From Candidatus Nomurabacteria bacterium (GTDB taxonomy: Bacteria; Patescibacteriota; Minisyncoccia; Phycocordibacterales; CAIZLB01): a DNA stretch of 64,000 bases. The translations under genes were made by a program, and so were the position numbers. Position 1 is the stretch's first letter; the number at the start of each line of letters is the position of its first letter. Below the pieces are notes generated by a model. The model saw only the letters and a list, made by a program, of their open reading frames with translations, was not told where the DNA came from and made no database searches. Shown piece after piece: positions 38,955 to 49,139 of the stretch. The stretch is from NCBI GenBank assembly GCA_943356525.1, contig CALRFG010000002.1, positions 27,783 to 91,782 of the forward strand, written 5' to 3'.

Positions 38955-39887
38955 TTATCTTGAAATTATATCAGTCATTGCTTTATTTATTCCATCCCAC
39001 CAACCGTCTCCACTAGTATCTCTTTTATTCGGATCTGTTTTTTTGCAATCTTTATTATTCTTAAAATTTCCAGAACATGTTTCTTCATTATCCGTTAACC
39101 CATCTTTATCTTTATCAATATCAATTACCATTTCTTTTAAAGATTTATCGGCTTCAGCTTGTGTAATTTTTGGTCCATCAGTAGTTGTAGTTGATGGTAC
39201 GCTCCAAACTAGTTCATTCTTAGAAAGAATCTTCCATCCTCCTTTATCGTTTACAAACATAATAATACCTTTCTTATAACCATAAGATTCTGGCTTATTA
39301 TCTTTTAGTAAACCTGTTGAATATATAGCCTGTTTTTCATCCTGCCATATATTAACATAGTCACTTTTATTCATTTTAGTATTTTGTTCCAAAAGATAGG
39401 GGAATAGTTCTTTTAATTGAGATGATTCTTCTGCTGTAGGCTGTATATAATAGAGTTTTTTTATAGATTCAACATCTTTATTTTTTAATGCAAGTGTTTC
39501 TTTGTCGATATTCGACCACAGGTCAGTGGTATTATTTGATTTAATATTATTTTCTAGATTATTCAAAGTTTCAATTTTGGACGATGTTGCAAGGGTAGTA
39601 TTCTCTTGAGTAGTTGTTGCTGTACTATCGACAGTAGTTGTAGAATTAGATACTATAACTTCTTCCTCATTAGCATTATTTGACGATGCTTCAGTAGTAG
39701 TATTCTCTTGAGTGGTTGCTGAAGTATTATCGACAGTGTTTGTAGAAGTAGATACTTTAGCATCTTCCTTAATAGCTAATTCTACTTTTTTACTTTCTAG
39801 ATAGACATAAGTTCCTCCACCAATTGATAATATTAATACTATTGCAATCATTGATGCGATTAAAAATCCTTTTTGTTGGTTTTTCAT
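38955..39887 (-). CDS. pilin-like N-terminal (MKNQQKGF) Thr-rich surface protein with acidic TSP3-like C-terminal repeats
   Basis: same N-terminal signature as array genes; DKDGLTDNEE motif. Confidence 0.6.
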   Translation of the reverse strand: MKNQQKGFLIASMIAIVLILSIGGGTYVYLESKKVELAIKEDAKVSTSTNTVDNTSATTQENTTTEASSNNANEEEVIVSNSTTTVDSTATTTQENTTLATSSKIETLNNLENNIKSNNTTDLWSNIDKETLALKNKDVESIKKLYYIQPTAEESSQLKELFPYLLEQNTKMNKSDYVNIWQDEKQAIYSTGLLKDNKPESYGYKKGIIMFVNDKGGWKILSKNELVWSVPSTTTTDGPKITQAEADKSLKEMVIDIDKDKDGLTDNEETCSGNFKNNKDCKKTDPNKRDTSGDGWWDGINKAMTDIISR

Positions 39888-40093
39888 ATGTAAATATTAT
39901 ATAACAATAAATAATTTTAATACAATATTTTCATTAAAAAAAATCACCTAAAACAGAGCTAAAGTAATGGTAAGTTTATTAACATTACACTTTCAGCTCA
40001 AAATACCCAGCCTTTCCCCAAAACCCCCACACAAACTCGAATTCAAGCCCTCATCTTGCAATTTATAGAAAAATACGTATACTTATTAGCATT

Positions 40094-40330
40094 ATGGTAA
40101 ACCACATGCGTCACACAAGAGGGCATACTCGAAATCGTCGATCTCATCATGCTCTTTCGGCTATCAACTTAACACTTTGTTCAAATTGCGGACAACCTAA
40201 CCCAACACATATTATGTGTAAAAACTGTGGTTATTTTAAAGGTAAAATGATAATAGATATGGCTGCCAAGATAGACAAAAAAGCTATCAAAGCTCAAACT
40301 GTAAAAGGAACAAAAGAAACTGTTAAATAG
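40094..40330 (+). CDS. rpmF: 50S ribosomal protein L32
   Basis: RNRRSHHAL motif and C4 zinc ribbon. Confidence 0.7.
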   Translation: MVNHMRHTRGHTRNRRSHHALSAINLTLCSNCGQPNPTHIMCKNCGYFKGKMIIDMAAKIDKKAIKAQTVKGTKETVK

Positions 40331-40406
40331 TCTTATAAAAGATTTAACAAGTTATCGATTGATTATTAAAAACAAGAACTTTTTATAAAAATAATAAATA
40401 ATACAT

Positions 40407-41348
40407 ATGGCAAGTAGACATCAATCAAGAGTAGTTGTTCTCCAATCATTATTTGAAATGGATTTCAGAGAAAATGATAAAAATGATTATGAGACTATAC
40501 TAAATCATAATATAGAAGAATTTTATAAAGATGATGCTGATAAAGTTTACGCCAAAGATTTATTGGATGGTATTTTAAAGAAACAAAAAGAGATAGATGA
40601 GATCATAACTAAAGCAGCTCCAGAATGGCCTATAGAAAAAATAGCCATAGTAGACAGAAATGTTTTAAGATTGGGTCTATATGAACTTATATTTGCAGAT
40701 AAAAAAGAAGTACCTTCAAAAGTTGCTATAAACGAAGCTATTGAAGTTGCCAAATTTTTCTCTAGTGAGACTTCAGGAAAGTTCATAAACGGAGTACTTG
40801 GTTCAGTGTATAAAGATATATACGGAGACAGTGAGAAAGATATAGAAAGACATATTCCTAAAAAAGATCAAAATAAAAATAAATCAAAATGGGCTGATAT
40901 GTCAGAAGAAGAAAAAGCGACACTACCTATAGTTCAAGTTGTTGGAACTTTTGTTTACACTCATGATCCAGAAGGAAAAATGTATATAGCTCTTGTAAAT
41001 GATGTGTTTGGTTTTTGGACTTTAGCAAAAGGGAAAATAGAGGAAGGTGAGACAGTTGAAGAATGCTCTGCTCGTAAAGTTAAAGAAGAGCTGGGTATTG
41101 ATTGCGAATTTGTAGAGATCTGTGATAATAACGAATATGTAGCTTCTCATCCAGAATTGAAAGTTGTTAAAAAAAGAGTAACATACTGTATCGCCAAAAC
41201 TCCTTTTGGTCCATTAACAAATAAGAAAGATGGTGGAATACGTGACGTGGCATGGTTTGATTTAGATAACGTTTTCGACTTAAAATTATATGAGGATATG
41301 ACACCGGTATTCAAAAAAACTTTTGAAATATTGAAAAAGATAAAATAA
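40407..41348 (+). CDS. nusB: NusB antitermination factor fused to C-terminal NUDIX domain
   Basis: NusB ~1-145; Nudix box GKIEEGETVEECSARKVKEELGI ~residue 210. Confidence 0.7.
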   Translation: MASRHQSRVVVLQSLFEMDFRENDKNDYETILNHNIEEFYKDDADKVYAKDLLDGILKKQKEIDEIITKAAPEWPIEKIAIVDRNVLRLGLYELIFADKKEVPSKVAINEAIEVAKFFSSETSGKFINGVLGSVYKDIYGDSEKDIERHIPKKDQNKNKSKWADMSEEEKATLPIVQVVGTFVYTHDPEGKMYIALVNDVFGFWTLAKGKIEEGETVEECSARKVKEELGIDCEFVEICDNNEYVASHPELKVVKKRVTYCIAKTPFGPLTNKKDGGIRDVAWFDLDNVFDLKLYEDMTPVFKKTFEILKKIK

Positions 41349-41360
41349 GAAATAAAAAAT

Positions 41361-42068
41361 ATGGCAACAATAGATTTAAATAAATTTAATAAATTATGTC
41401 AAAAGCTGGATATACAATTTGCAGATATAAACATCTTGGTTAAAGCTTTTACACACAGATCATTTTTAAATGAAAATAGAAATTCAGGCTTAGAGCACAA
41501 TGAAAGATTGGAGTTTCTGGGTGACGCTGTTTTAGAGTTGGTTGTAACAGATTTTCTATATAAAAAATATCCAAAAAAACCAGAAGGTGAAATGACTGCT
41601 TTGAGGTCTGCTCTTGTAAATGCAGTTACTTTGTCTCGTGTTGCTGAAGATATAGGTTTGAATGAATTTTTATTACTTTCAAAAGGAGAAGCGAAAGATG
41701 AGGGTCGTGCAAGACAATATATATTGGCAAATGTAATAGAGGCATTGATCGGAGCGATATACTTGGATCAAGGTTATGATGCTGCACAAAAATTTATCGA
41801 TAAAAATGTTCATGTACTTATAGACTCTGTTATAGAGGATAAGAAGTTTATCGATTCAAAATCACTATTTCAAGAGATGTCACAAGAGCATATGGGTGTT
41901 ACGCCAAGATATGATTTGATAAAAGAAGCCGGTCCTGATCATAATAAAATCTTTACTGTGGGAGTTTTCTTGGGGGATATGCATATAGCGAGTGGGGAAG
42001 GTAAATCTAAGCAGGAAGCTGAGACACAGGCGGCGTTTAAAGGTTTGGGGGTTAAGAAATGGGGGTAG
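41361..42068 (+). CDS. rnc: ribonuclease III
   Basis: ERLEFLGDA signature + dsRBD. Confidence 0.9.
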   Translation: MATIDLNKFNKLCQKLDIQFADINILVKAFTHRSFLNENRNSGLEHNERLEFLGDAVLELVVTDFLYKKYPKKPEGEMTALRSALVNAVTLSRVAEDIGLNEFLLLSKGEAKDEGRARQYILANVIEALIGAIYLDQGYDAAQKFIDKNVHVLIDSVIEDKKFIDSKSLFQEMSQEHMGVTPRYDLIKEAGPDHNKIFTVGVFLGDMHIASGEGKSKQEAETQAAFKGLGVKKWG

Positions 42069-42077
42069 GGGTTGGGG

Positions 42078-42752
42078 TTAAATAAGCTTTCTTTTTATCC
42101 TATATCCTCGTCCAGGAATAGTTTCTATTTTTTTATCTTTCTTACCATCTATTTTCTTTCTTATATTTCTTATGTGTGTTTCTATGGTATTTGAAAATTG
42201 ATTAAAATCTTTTTTCCAAACATGGTCCATTATTTCTGATCGTGTTATTACTTTTCCAGGTTTTTCTGCTATTTGTTCTAGTATCATAAACTCTTTTCTT
42301 GTAAAATACACAGATTTACCTTTCTTGTGCACAGTATAATTTTCTCTATTTATAGTTACATCATCTAAGGTTATAATGTTTTGTTTTATTTCATAAGATC
42401 TTCTAGTAATAGCTTTTATTTTTGCAACCAATTCATTGATAGAAAAAGGTTTTGATATAAAATCATCTGCACCTGAATCTAAAAAATTAATCCTATCCGA
42501 AACATCATCTTGTATACTCATAAAAATAATAGGCGTTTTATCACCTAAATTTCTTAATTCTTTACAAATATTTACACCAAGTTTTTTAGGTAAAATATTA
42601 TCGACTAGTAATAAGTCATAATTATTCGTTCTTGCTATGTAAGAGCCGGATTCACCGTCACTACAAGTGTCAACTATAATACTATGATCGTTAAGAGCTT
42701 CTTCCAACGCTTTTGATAAATCTATGTCATCTTCAATTAAAAGTATACGCAT
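42078..42752 (-). CDS. OmpR-family two-component response regulator
   Basis: receiver domain (DD...D..K) + winged-helix C-terminus. Confidence 0.85.
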   Translation of the reverse strand: MRILLIEDDIDLSKALEEALNDHSIIVDTCSDGESGSYIARTNNYDLLLVDNILPKKLGVNICKELRNLGDKTPIIFMSIQDDVSDRINFLDSGADDFISKPFSINELVAKIKAITRRSYEIKQNIITLDDVTINRENYTVHKKGKSVYFTRKEFMILEQIAEKPGKVITRSEIMDHVWKKDFNQFSNTIETHIRNIRKKIDGKKDKKIETIPGRGYRIKRKLI

Positions 42753-42845
42753 TTTTTTAAATTTTAAAAAGATTAATTTGAATAAATATTAACATAATAA
42801 ATGTTTATATAATAATATTCTAGCAAATATTAGATAAAGTTCTCA

Positions 42846-42931
42846 TAAAGAAAAAATAAAGATTTACCAAAGAAAATATAAAGAAAAGATAAAGTTTCCC
42901 TTAAGAAAAAATTAAGAAATTCTAAAGAAAA
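42846..42931. promoter_or_regulatory. array of ~8 phased (10-11 bp) TAAAGAAAA-like direct repeats in divergent promoter
   Basis: ATAAAGAAAAA / ATAAAGATTTA / CCAAAGAAAAT / ATAAAGAAAAG / ATAAAGTTTCC / CTTAAGAAAAA / ATTAAGAAATT / CTAAAGAAAAT. Confidence 0.5.
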
Positions 42932-42971
42932 TAAAACCCCTCCCCACCCCCCCAAGACAAAACCCCCTCCC

Positions 42972-44003
42972 ATGTGTTATAGTCATAGCATGACATTCAT
43001 AGATGAAATGAAAATACATATTAGAGCTGGCCACGGTGGAAACGGTGTTGTTCGCTGGCTACACGAATACGCCAAAGAGTTTGGTGGTCCTTCAGGGGGT
43101 AACGGTGGTCGTGGAGGTGATGTATACGTACGCACAGTCGCGGATACTTTTTACTTGAGAAAATATGCCCACAAGATTGACTTCTTTGCACAAGACGGGG
43201 AGTATGGACAAGGTGACTCATGTGATGGAAAAGGTGGTGATGATCTTATTATCGATCTTCCTATTGGAACTATTATAACCAGAATAGAAGATATAAATAT
43301 ACATGACTCTGATACTATAGTTATGCCAGAGCTAGAACTTAATGAGGTTGGGCAAGTTATACGTATATTGAAAGGTGGGTCAGGGGGTCTTGGAAATGAA
43401 CACTTCAAAGGCTCAACAAATCAAAAACCTGAAGAGTGGACACCTGGAAAACCTGGAGAAGAAGGTAGATTTAATATTGAAGTAAGAATGATTGCAGATA
43501 TTGGTCTTATTGGTTTGCCAAATGCTGGTAAGTCATCTTTACTGAATGCTTTAACTAAAGCTGATGTAAAAGTTGGAAATTATTCTTTCACGACCCTAGA
43601 ACCAAACCTTGGAACTATTTTTGAGGTTGTTCTAGCAGATATCCCAGGACTTATAGAAGGTGCATCAGATGGAAAAGGTTTAGGACACAAATTCTTAAGA
43701 CATATAACAAGAACTAAGATGCTTGCACACTGTGTATCTTTGGATCAAACTATTGAGGAAATGGTTGATGTTTATAATGTGATTAGAAATGAGTTGAAAG
43801 AATTTGACCCAGAATTATTAGAGAAGAAAGAAATAATTCTATTAACAAAGAGTGATATTCGGGGAGTTGATGATGCTAAAATTAAAGAAAAAGATTTTAT
43901 AAAAAAACTAAAACTTAAAACAGAATTGATGGTTGTTTCTATTTATGATTTTGACAATTTAAAAAATCTGCAGGATTCGCTAGTGAAAATGGTGAGGGGG
44001 TAG
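42972..44003 (+). CDS. obg: GTPase Obg (start likely ATG 42990)
   Basis: Gly-rich Obg fold N-terminus, G1-G4 motifs. Confidence 0.9.
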   Translation: MCYSHSMTFIDEMKIHIRAGHGGNGVVRWLHEYAKEFGGPSGGNGGRGGDVYVRTVADTFYLRKYAHKIDFFAQDGEYGQGDSCDGKGGDDLIIDLPIGTIITRIEDINIHDSDTIVMPELELNEVGQVIRILKGGSGGLGNEHFKGSTNQKPEEWTPGKPGEEGRFNIEVRMIADIGLIGLPNAGKSSLLNALTKADVKVGNYSFTTLEPNLGTIFEVVLADIPGLIEGASDGKGLGHKFLRHITRTKMLAHCVSLDQTIEEMVDVYNVIRNELKEFDPELLEKKEIILLTKSDIRGVDDAKIKEKDFIKKLKLKTELMVVSIYDFDNLKNLQDSLVKMVRG

Positions 44004-44115
44004 GAGTGGTTTGATATTTGATTGCTATTTTGTAAATTTTGTGGTATTTTAATATAACTGATTTGAAGTAGAATCAGTATGAATGTTAAAAAAAATAAAA
44101 TAGAAATACTAAATC

Positions 44116-44685
44116 ATGGAACTTTTTCACATCAGTCTTTTCAATGATAAGCCTCCAGAGATACAAAAAGGATGGAATTTCTTTAAAGGATCTTTGGAAA
44201 TAAGAAACCTAGACGGGTCAACAAGTTTGTTTGGAGAGATAAAAAACTCATTCGGTAAAGAATTAATAACTCTATATAATGGTTTTTTAAATTATGGTTA
44301 CCCTCATCATCTTAGAAATGATATGAGGCAAAATGAGACTTATGAGTGGTTTCTTTTAACACTCGTCAGTGATGGATTTATTGATACATCCAAAACTTTT
44401 AGAAAAAAAGAAGGGTGTATCAAAATTGGACCTAAGAGAAAAAAAGACAAGTCCTTAGTCCTACTTACATTGTGTCTGAAGAAGGATCAAAAGTTTATTT
44501 TCAAAGTAGAAAACCGATATGATGGAAAAATTAGAGAATTTACAATTGGGTTTAGTAGTCATTTGAATAATCTTTTTGTCGAAGACACTACACCAATCAT
44601 TGTTAAACCTACTCTAACTCTCAGAGCCGTAAGGTTTCTAGTGAGGTTGTTATATAAGAAAACGAGTGTCTTTGCGAGATTTTGA
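44116..44685 (+). CDS. hypothetical protein
   Basis: 189-aa ORF followed by terminator. Confidence 0.45.
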   Translation: MELFHISLFNDKPPEIQKGWNFFKGSLEIRNLDGSTSLFGEIKNSFGKELITLYNGFLNYGYPHHLRNDMRQNETYEWFLLTLVSDGFIDTSKTFRKKEGCIKIGPKRKKDKSLVLLTLCLKKDQKFIFKVENRYDGKIREFTIGFSSHLNNLFVEDTTPIIVKPTLTLRAVRFLVRLLYKKTSVFARF

Positions 44686-44708
44686 TCTTTCCTTTACTTA
44701 AACTCAAA

Positions 44709-44749
44709 CCACCCTGGTCGCAATCGCGATCTGGGTGGCTTTTTCATTT
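44709..44749 (+). terminator. rho-independent terminator
   Basis: CCACCC...GGGTGG stem + CTTTTTCATTT. Confidence 0.55.
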
Positions 44750-44758
44750 ACCTAAAAT

Positions 44759-46270
44759 ATGCTAAAAATAAGAGATATGACAACTGAAGAAACTACAGAT
44801 ACATCAACTGAATACATACCAGTTATCGGCCTTGAAATACATGCTGAGCTAAAGACAAAAACTAAGATGTTTTGCTCATGTATTAACGACCCGCTTGAAA
44901 GAAAGCCAAATATAAACATTTGCCCTATATGTATGGCTCATCCTGGAACTTTACCGACACTTAACAAACAGGCTATACAGAACGTTTTAAAAGTTGGACT
45001 TGCGGTAGATGCCTTGATTGCGGATTTTACAGAATGGGACAGGAAAAATTATTTTTATCCCGACATACCAAAAGGTTATCAGATATCCCAATACGCATAT
45101 CCACTTGTACAAAAAGGAAAAGTTAAGGTTAAAGACGGAAAAGGAAATGATGTTGAAGTAACTCTCACACGTATACACTTAGAAGAGGATACAGCTCGTT
45201 CATCACACGATAAAGGGGATTATTCTCTTGTTGATTATAATCGTGCAGGCTTACCCCTTATGGAGCTTGTTACTGATGCGGTTATTTACGATTCTGTTAT
45301 GGCTGGAAATTTCGGAAGAGAATTGCAATTACTCTTAAGAACACTTGATGTGTCTGATGCAAACATGGAGCTAGGACAGCTTCGAGTTGAGGTAAATATT
45401 TCTATACATAAACCGGGTGAGCCTTGGGGGACAAAAGTGGAGATCAAAAACTTAAACTCATTTCGTGTGGCAGAAAAATCTATAGAATACGAAATAAAAA
45501 GACAAAAAGAACTTATCGAGTCTGGTGGAAAAGTTGTACAAGAAACTCGAGGATATGATGACGCTACAGGAAAAACATTTTCACAAAGAATAAAAGAAAA
45601 TGCAAATGACTACAGATATTTTCCGGATCCAGATTTACCTAAGCTTTTACTGTCAAAAATTCCAGAATTTAACCTAGAAACTTTGAAGGCAGCTTTACCA
45701 ATTTTACCAAATAAAAAAAGAGAAAAATATATAGCACTTGGTTTGAAGCCGGATGATGTAGAAATGTTTGTAAGTGACTCATTTTACGGTCATTATTTTG
45801 AGAAAATTTTGGAATTGATAAAAGATGAAAAATTACAAAAATTATCTGTTAACTATATTACTTCTGACATAGCAGGTCTTGTAAAAAAAGAAACTTCAAT
45901 AAAAGGTGACCTAAATGATTACATAAACATAGATCAATTTGTTGATATAATAAATCTTATCGATGCAGGTGAACTTTCATCTCGAGGTGCAAAAGATATG
46001 ATTACTTTATTATGGAATGCGGATGAGGGTTTGAAAAATAAAAAAGTCAAAGATGTTGCAGAGGAAAAAGGGCTTATCATAAAGGCTGATCCAAAATTTT
46101 TAGAAAATATTATCAAACAAGTTATAGAAAATAATCCAACACAAGTTGATGATTATAAAGCAGGAAAAGAAGCACTATTGATGTATCTTGTGGGGCAGGT
46201 TATGAAGGAGGGTAAGGGTGCAATAAATCCAGCTAGTGCACAGGAGGCACTCAAAGACGCGCTGAAATAA
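44759..46270 (+). CDS. gatB: Asp/Glu-tRNA amidotransferase subunit B
   Basis: family similarity. Confidence 0.9.
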   Translation: MLKIRDMTTEETTDTSTEYIPVIGLEIHAELKTKTKMFCSCINDPLERKPNINICPICMAHPGTLPTLNKQAIQNVLKVGLAVDALIADFTEWDRKNYFYPDIPKGYQISQYAYPLVQKGKVKVKDGKGNDVEVTLTRIHLEEDTARSSHDKGDYSLVDYNRAGLPLMELVTDAVIYDSVMAGNFGRELQLLLRTLDVSDANMELGQLRVEVNISIHKPGEPWGTKVEIKNLNSFRVAEKSIEYEIKRQKELIESGGKVVQETRGYDDATGKTFSQRIKENANDYRYFPDPDLPKLLLSKIPEFNLETLKAALPILPNKKREKYIALGLKPDDVEMFVSDSFYGHYFEKILELIKDEKLQKLSVNYITSDIAGLVKKETSIKGDLNDYINIDQFVDIINLIDAGELSSRGAKDMITLLWNADEGLKNKKVKDVAEEKGLIIKADPKFLENIIKQVIENNPTQVDDYKAGKEALLMYLVGQVMKEGKGAINPASAQEALKDALK

Positions 46271-46289
46271 TTATGCTAAAATAAACCCC

Positions 46290-47321
46290 ATGAAAAACAT
46301 CGCAATAAACGGAGCAGGAAGAATCGGCCGCGCATTCTTAAAACTTGCTATTGAAAATAAAAATATAAACATAGTAGCTATAAATGATTTAGCTGATATC
46401 GAAAATATCGCCTATCTTATGAAATACGATACTGCCTATGGACAAAGTAAACTTGACATAATTGTTGACAAGGAAAACTCTGTGCTTATAGTTAACGGAC
46501 AAAAAGTAAAATACTTATCACAAAAAGATCCTTTACTTCTACCGTGGAAAGACTTATCAGTCGATGTAGTCCTTGAGTCTACAGGATTTTTTACAAGCTA
46601 TGCTAAAGCTAATGCTCATATAATAGCTGGTGCAAAAAGAGTTGTACTGTCAGCCCCTGCAAAAGATGAAGAGTCAGATGTGAAAGGAGCTATAGTTTTA
46701 ATGGGTATTAACGAAGAGGTTTTAAATGATACATCGATACTCATAACTTCAAATGCATCATGTACAACAAATGCCTCATCTCCAGTTATAGATATCTTGA
46801 ATAAAACTTTGGGTATAGAAAAAGCATTGTTAAACACTACTCATGCATATACTGCAAGTCAGTCACTTGTTGATGGACCAAACAAGAAAGATTGGCGTGA
46901 AGGAAGATCAGCACCAAACAATATGGCGCCGTCATCAACTGGGGCAGCAATTGCGGTTACAAAAGTGATCACTGATTTAGAAGGAAAGTTTGATGGTATA
47001 GCAGTGCGTGTTCCAGTGATTGCGGGATCTATAGCTGACATAACATTTATCTCAAAGAAAAATACTACAAAAGAAGAGGTGAATATGATACTTGAAGAAG
47101 CTGCCAAGGATAATAAATGGAAAGGAATATTTACAACAACCAGAGAACAACTTGTATCACATGATATAGTTGGCAATCCACATGCATCTATTGCAGATCT
47201 TTCGATGACTAGAGTTGCTGATGGAAACTTGGTGAAGGTTTTAGCTTGGTATGATAATGAGGGTGGGTATACTCATAGTTTGTTAATGCATGTTGAAGCT
47301 GTGATGGAGAAGATGGGGTAA
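46290..47321 (+). CDS. gap: glyceraldehyde-3-phosphate dehydrogenase
   Basis: NGAGRIGR, ASCTTN motifs. Confidence 0.9.
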   Translation: MKNIAINGAGRIGRAFLKLAIENKNINIVAINDLADIENIAYLMKYDTAYGQSKLDIIVDKENSVLIVNGQKVKYLSQKDPLLLPWKDLSVDVVLESTGFFTSYAKANAHIIAGAKRVVLSAPAKDEESDVKGAIVLMGINEEVLNDTSILITSNASCTTNASSPVIDILNKTLGIEKALLNTTHAYTASQSLVDGPNKKDWREGRSAPNNMAPSSTGAAIAVTKVITDLEGKFDGIAVRVPVIAGSIADITFISKKNTTKEEVNMILEEAAKDNKWKGIFTTTREQLVSHDIVGNPHASIADLSMTRVADGNLVKVLAWYDNEGGYTHSLLMHVEAVMEKMG

Positions 47322-47366
47322 TTGTATAAATTACTTATTTTTTATATAACCAAATAGTGCTATAAT

Positions 47367-47843
47367 GTGGATATGAAAATAGCCATCGCCTCAGACCATG
47401 CTGGATTTGAATTAAAAAAATACTTAACACTCCTACTGAAAGAGTATGATGCAAGTATTGAAGTTTTGGATATGGGACCGGATCTTTATGATCAAAACGA
47501 TGATTACCCTGTATATATTAAAAGGGTAGCAGAGTATATTTCCCAAAATGATAACCCTGAAGAATATCGAGGTATAATAATTGGTGGATCTGGTCAAGGT
47601 GAAAATATTTGCGCAAACAAGTATAAAAATGTAAGATCAATTGTAATCTATTGCAATGACATGATTTCAAACGAAAACATGGCAAAAACAACTAGGCAAC
47701 ATAACAATGCAAATGTGATATCTTTCGGGTCTAGATTTATAGAACAGGCAAATGCCTTTCAGGTTTTAAAATATTGGCTTGATGAAAAATTTACAGCTGA
47801 CCCGCGGCATGTTAGACGATTAAAAAAATTAGAATTAGAATAA
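47367..47843 (+). CDS. rpiB: ribose-5-phosphate isomerase B
   Basis: MKIAIASDHAGF. Confidence 0.8.
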   Translation: MDMKIAIASDHAGFELKKYLTLLLKEYDASIEVLDMGPDLYDQNDDYPVYIKRVAEYISQNDNPEEYRGIIIGGSGQGENICANKYKNVRSIVIYCNDMISNENMAKTTRQHNNANVISFGSRFIEQANAFQVLKYWLDEKFTADPRHVRRLKKLELE

Positions 47844-47875
47844 TAGTTTAAAAAAGATAAATAAAAAAATAAAAT

Positions 47876-48589
47876 ATGAATATAATACCCGCGATACTGG
47901 AAGCAAGTTATCAAGAAATAGAAAATAAAACTGATTCAGTTTTACACGATACAGAAAAGGTTCATATAGACATATGTGATGGATTATTTGTAACCCGTAA
48001 AACTTGGCCTTATTCATCGGTCAGTAATAATCGTATAGAAGAAGATTTTAAAATAAAAAAACTTTTAAATGAGGAAATAGGTTTACCAAATTGGGACAAT
48101 GTAAACTATGAGTTTGACCTTATGGTACAAAATCCTAATATACAACAAGAGATTTGGGCACGTATTGGTGCAAATGTTTTGATAATACATCCTACATCCT
48201 TTAAAGATGAGTCTACAATGTTAGATTTTATAAAAGAAATAAATTCATACATGATAGATATTATTATTGCTGTAACCTATGATGAATATCTCTCTTATGA
48301 AGAGGTTATTAAAGATTTATTAAATAATAAGTCAATAATATCTTTGCAAATAATGACGATAAAAACCATAGGCTCACAAGGTCAAAAATTTGATGAAAGA
48401 TGTCTTGCTTTAATAGAGAAAATAAAAACAGAAAATCCTGACTTTATTTTAAGAGTTGATGGTGGTATAAATACTAATAATTTTTCAAAAATATTAGATT
48501 TAAACGTAAAAGAAGTTGTAATAGGTTCTGCTATTTTTAATTCAGGAAATACTCGTGAAAATCTAAATTATTTTAAAGATTTGTGTTAA
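47876..48589 (+). CDS. ribulose-phosphate 3-epimerase-like TIM-barrel protein
   Basis: HIDICDGLFV and VDGGIN motifs. Confidence 0.55.
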   Translation: MNIIPAILEASYQEIENKTDSVLHDTEKVHIDICDGLFVTRKTWPYSSVSNNRIEEDFKIKKLLNEEIGLPNWDNVNYEFDLMVQNPNIQQEIWARIGANVLIIHPTSFKDESTMLDFIKEINSYMIDIIIAVTYDEYLSYEEVIKDLLNNKSIISLQIMTIKTIGSQGQKFDERCLALIEKIKTENPDFILRVDGGINTNNFSKILDLNVKEVVIGSAIFNSGNTRENLNYFKDLC

Positions 48590-48598
48590 AATAAAAAC

Positions 48599-49135
48599 AT
48601 GATTAAAAAAATTATAGGTTTAGTTCTTCTTTGTGTAATATTTTTCTTTGCAATAAAAGCACTTACTCAATTATCAACCTTAAATAGTTTATTTATAGGT
48701 CCAAGTAAATCACCATTTCAGGTTGGCATAGACTATGTGAATCAAGTAAATCAAGTATATCCAAACGCAAATCAAAATTCTACATATGATAGCAATATAA
48801 CGTATGGTATTGGTACAAGTTATAACTCAAATGGGTTTGGTGTAAATCTTGGAAAAAGTATTTTATCGAAGATAACTTTGGAAAAATCTTATGGAAAACT
48901 TATACTTTCTGTGGAAAATGGAAATCCAAATACTGAGTTAAATATCTGGCTAACAAATACACCCGATATCACAAATCAAACAGAATATATTGATTTCGGT
49001 AACTTATTTAAAGGTGTAGGAATTAAATCATACGTTGTTGACATGAAAGGTGGGGATATATCTTTAGCTGAATATAAATATATTTTGATAGTTGATAAAA
49101 ATTATAAGATTTATGGTAAAGTAATACTTAAATAA
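48599..49135 (+). CDS. hypothetical exported protein
   Basis: N-terminal TM/signal. Confidence 0.45.
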   Translation: MIKKIIGLVLLCVIFFFAIKALTQLSTLNSLFIGPSKSPFQVGIDYVNQVNQVYPNANQNSTYDSNITYGIGTSYNSNGFGVNLGKSILSKITLEKSYGKLILSVENGNPNTELNIWLTNTPDITNQTEYIDFGNLFKGVGIKSYVVDMKGGDISLAEYKYILIVDKNYKIYGKVILK

Positions 49136-49139
49136 ATCT

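Noticed and set aside
42937-42970. Shine-Dalgarno-like GGAGG on minus strand of the C-rich tract
   Set aside because: Too far (~180 nt) from the response-regulator start to act as an RBS.
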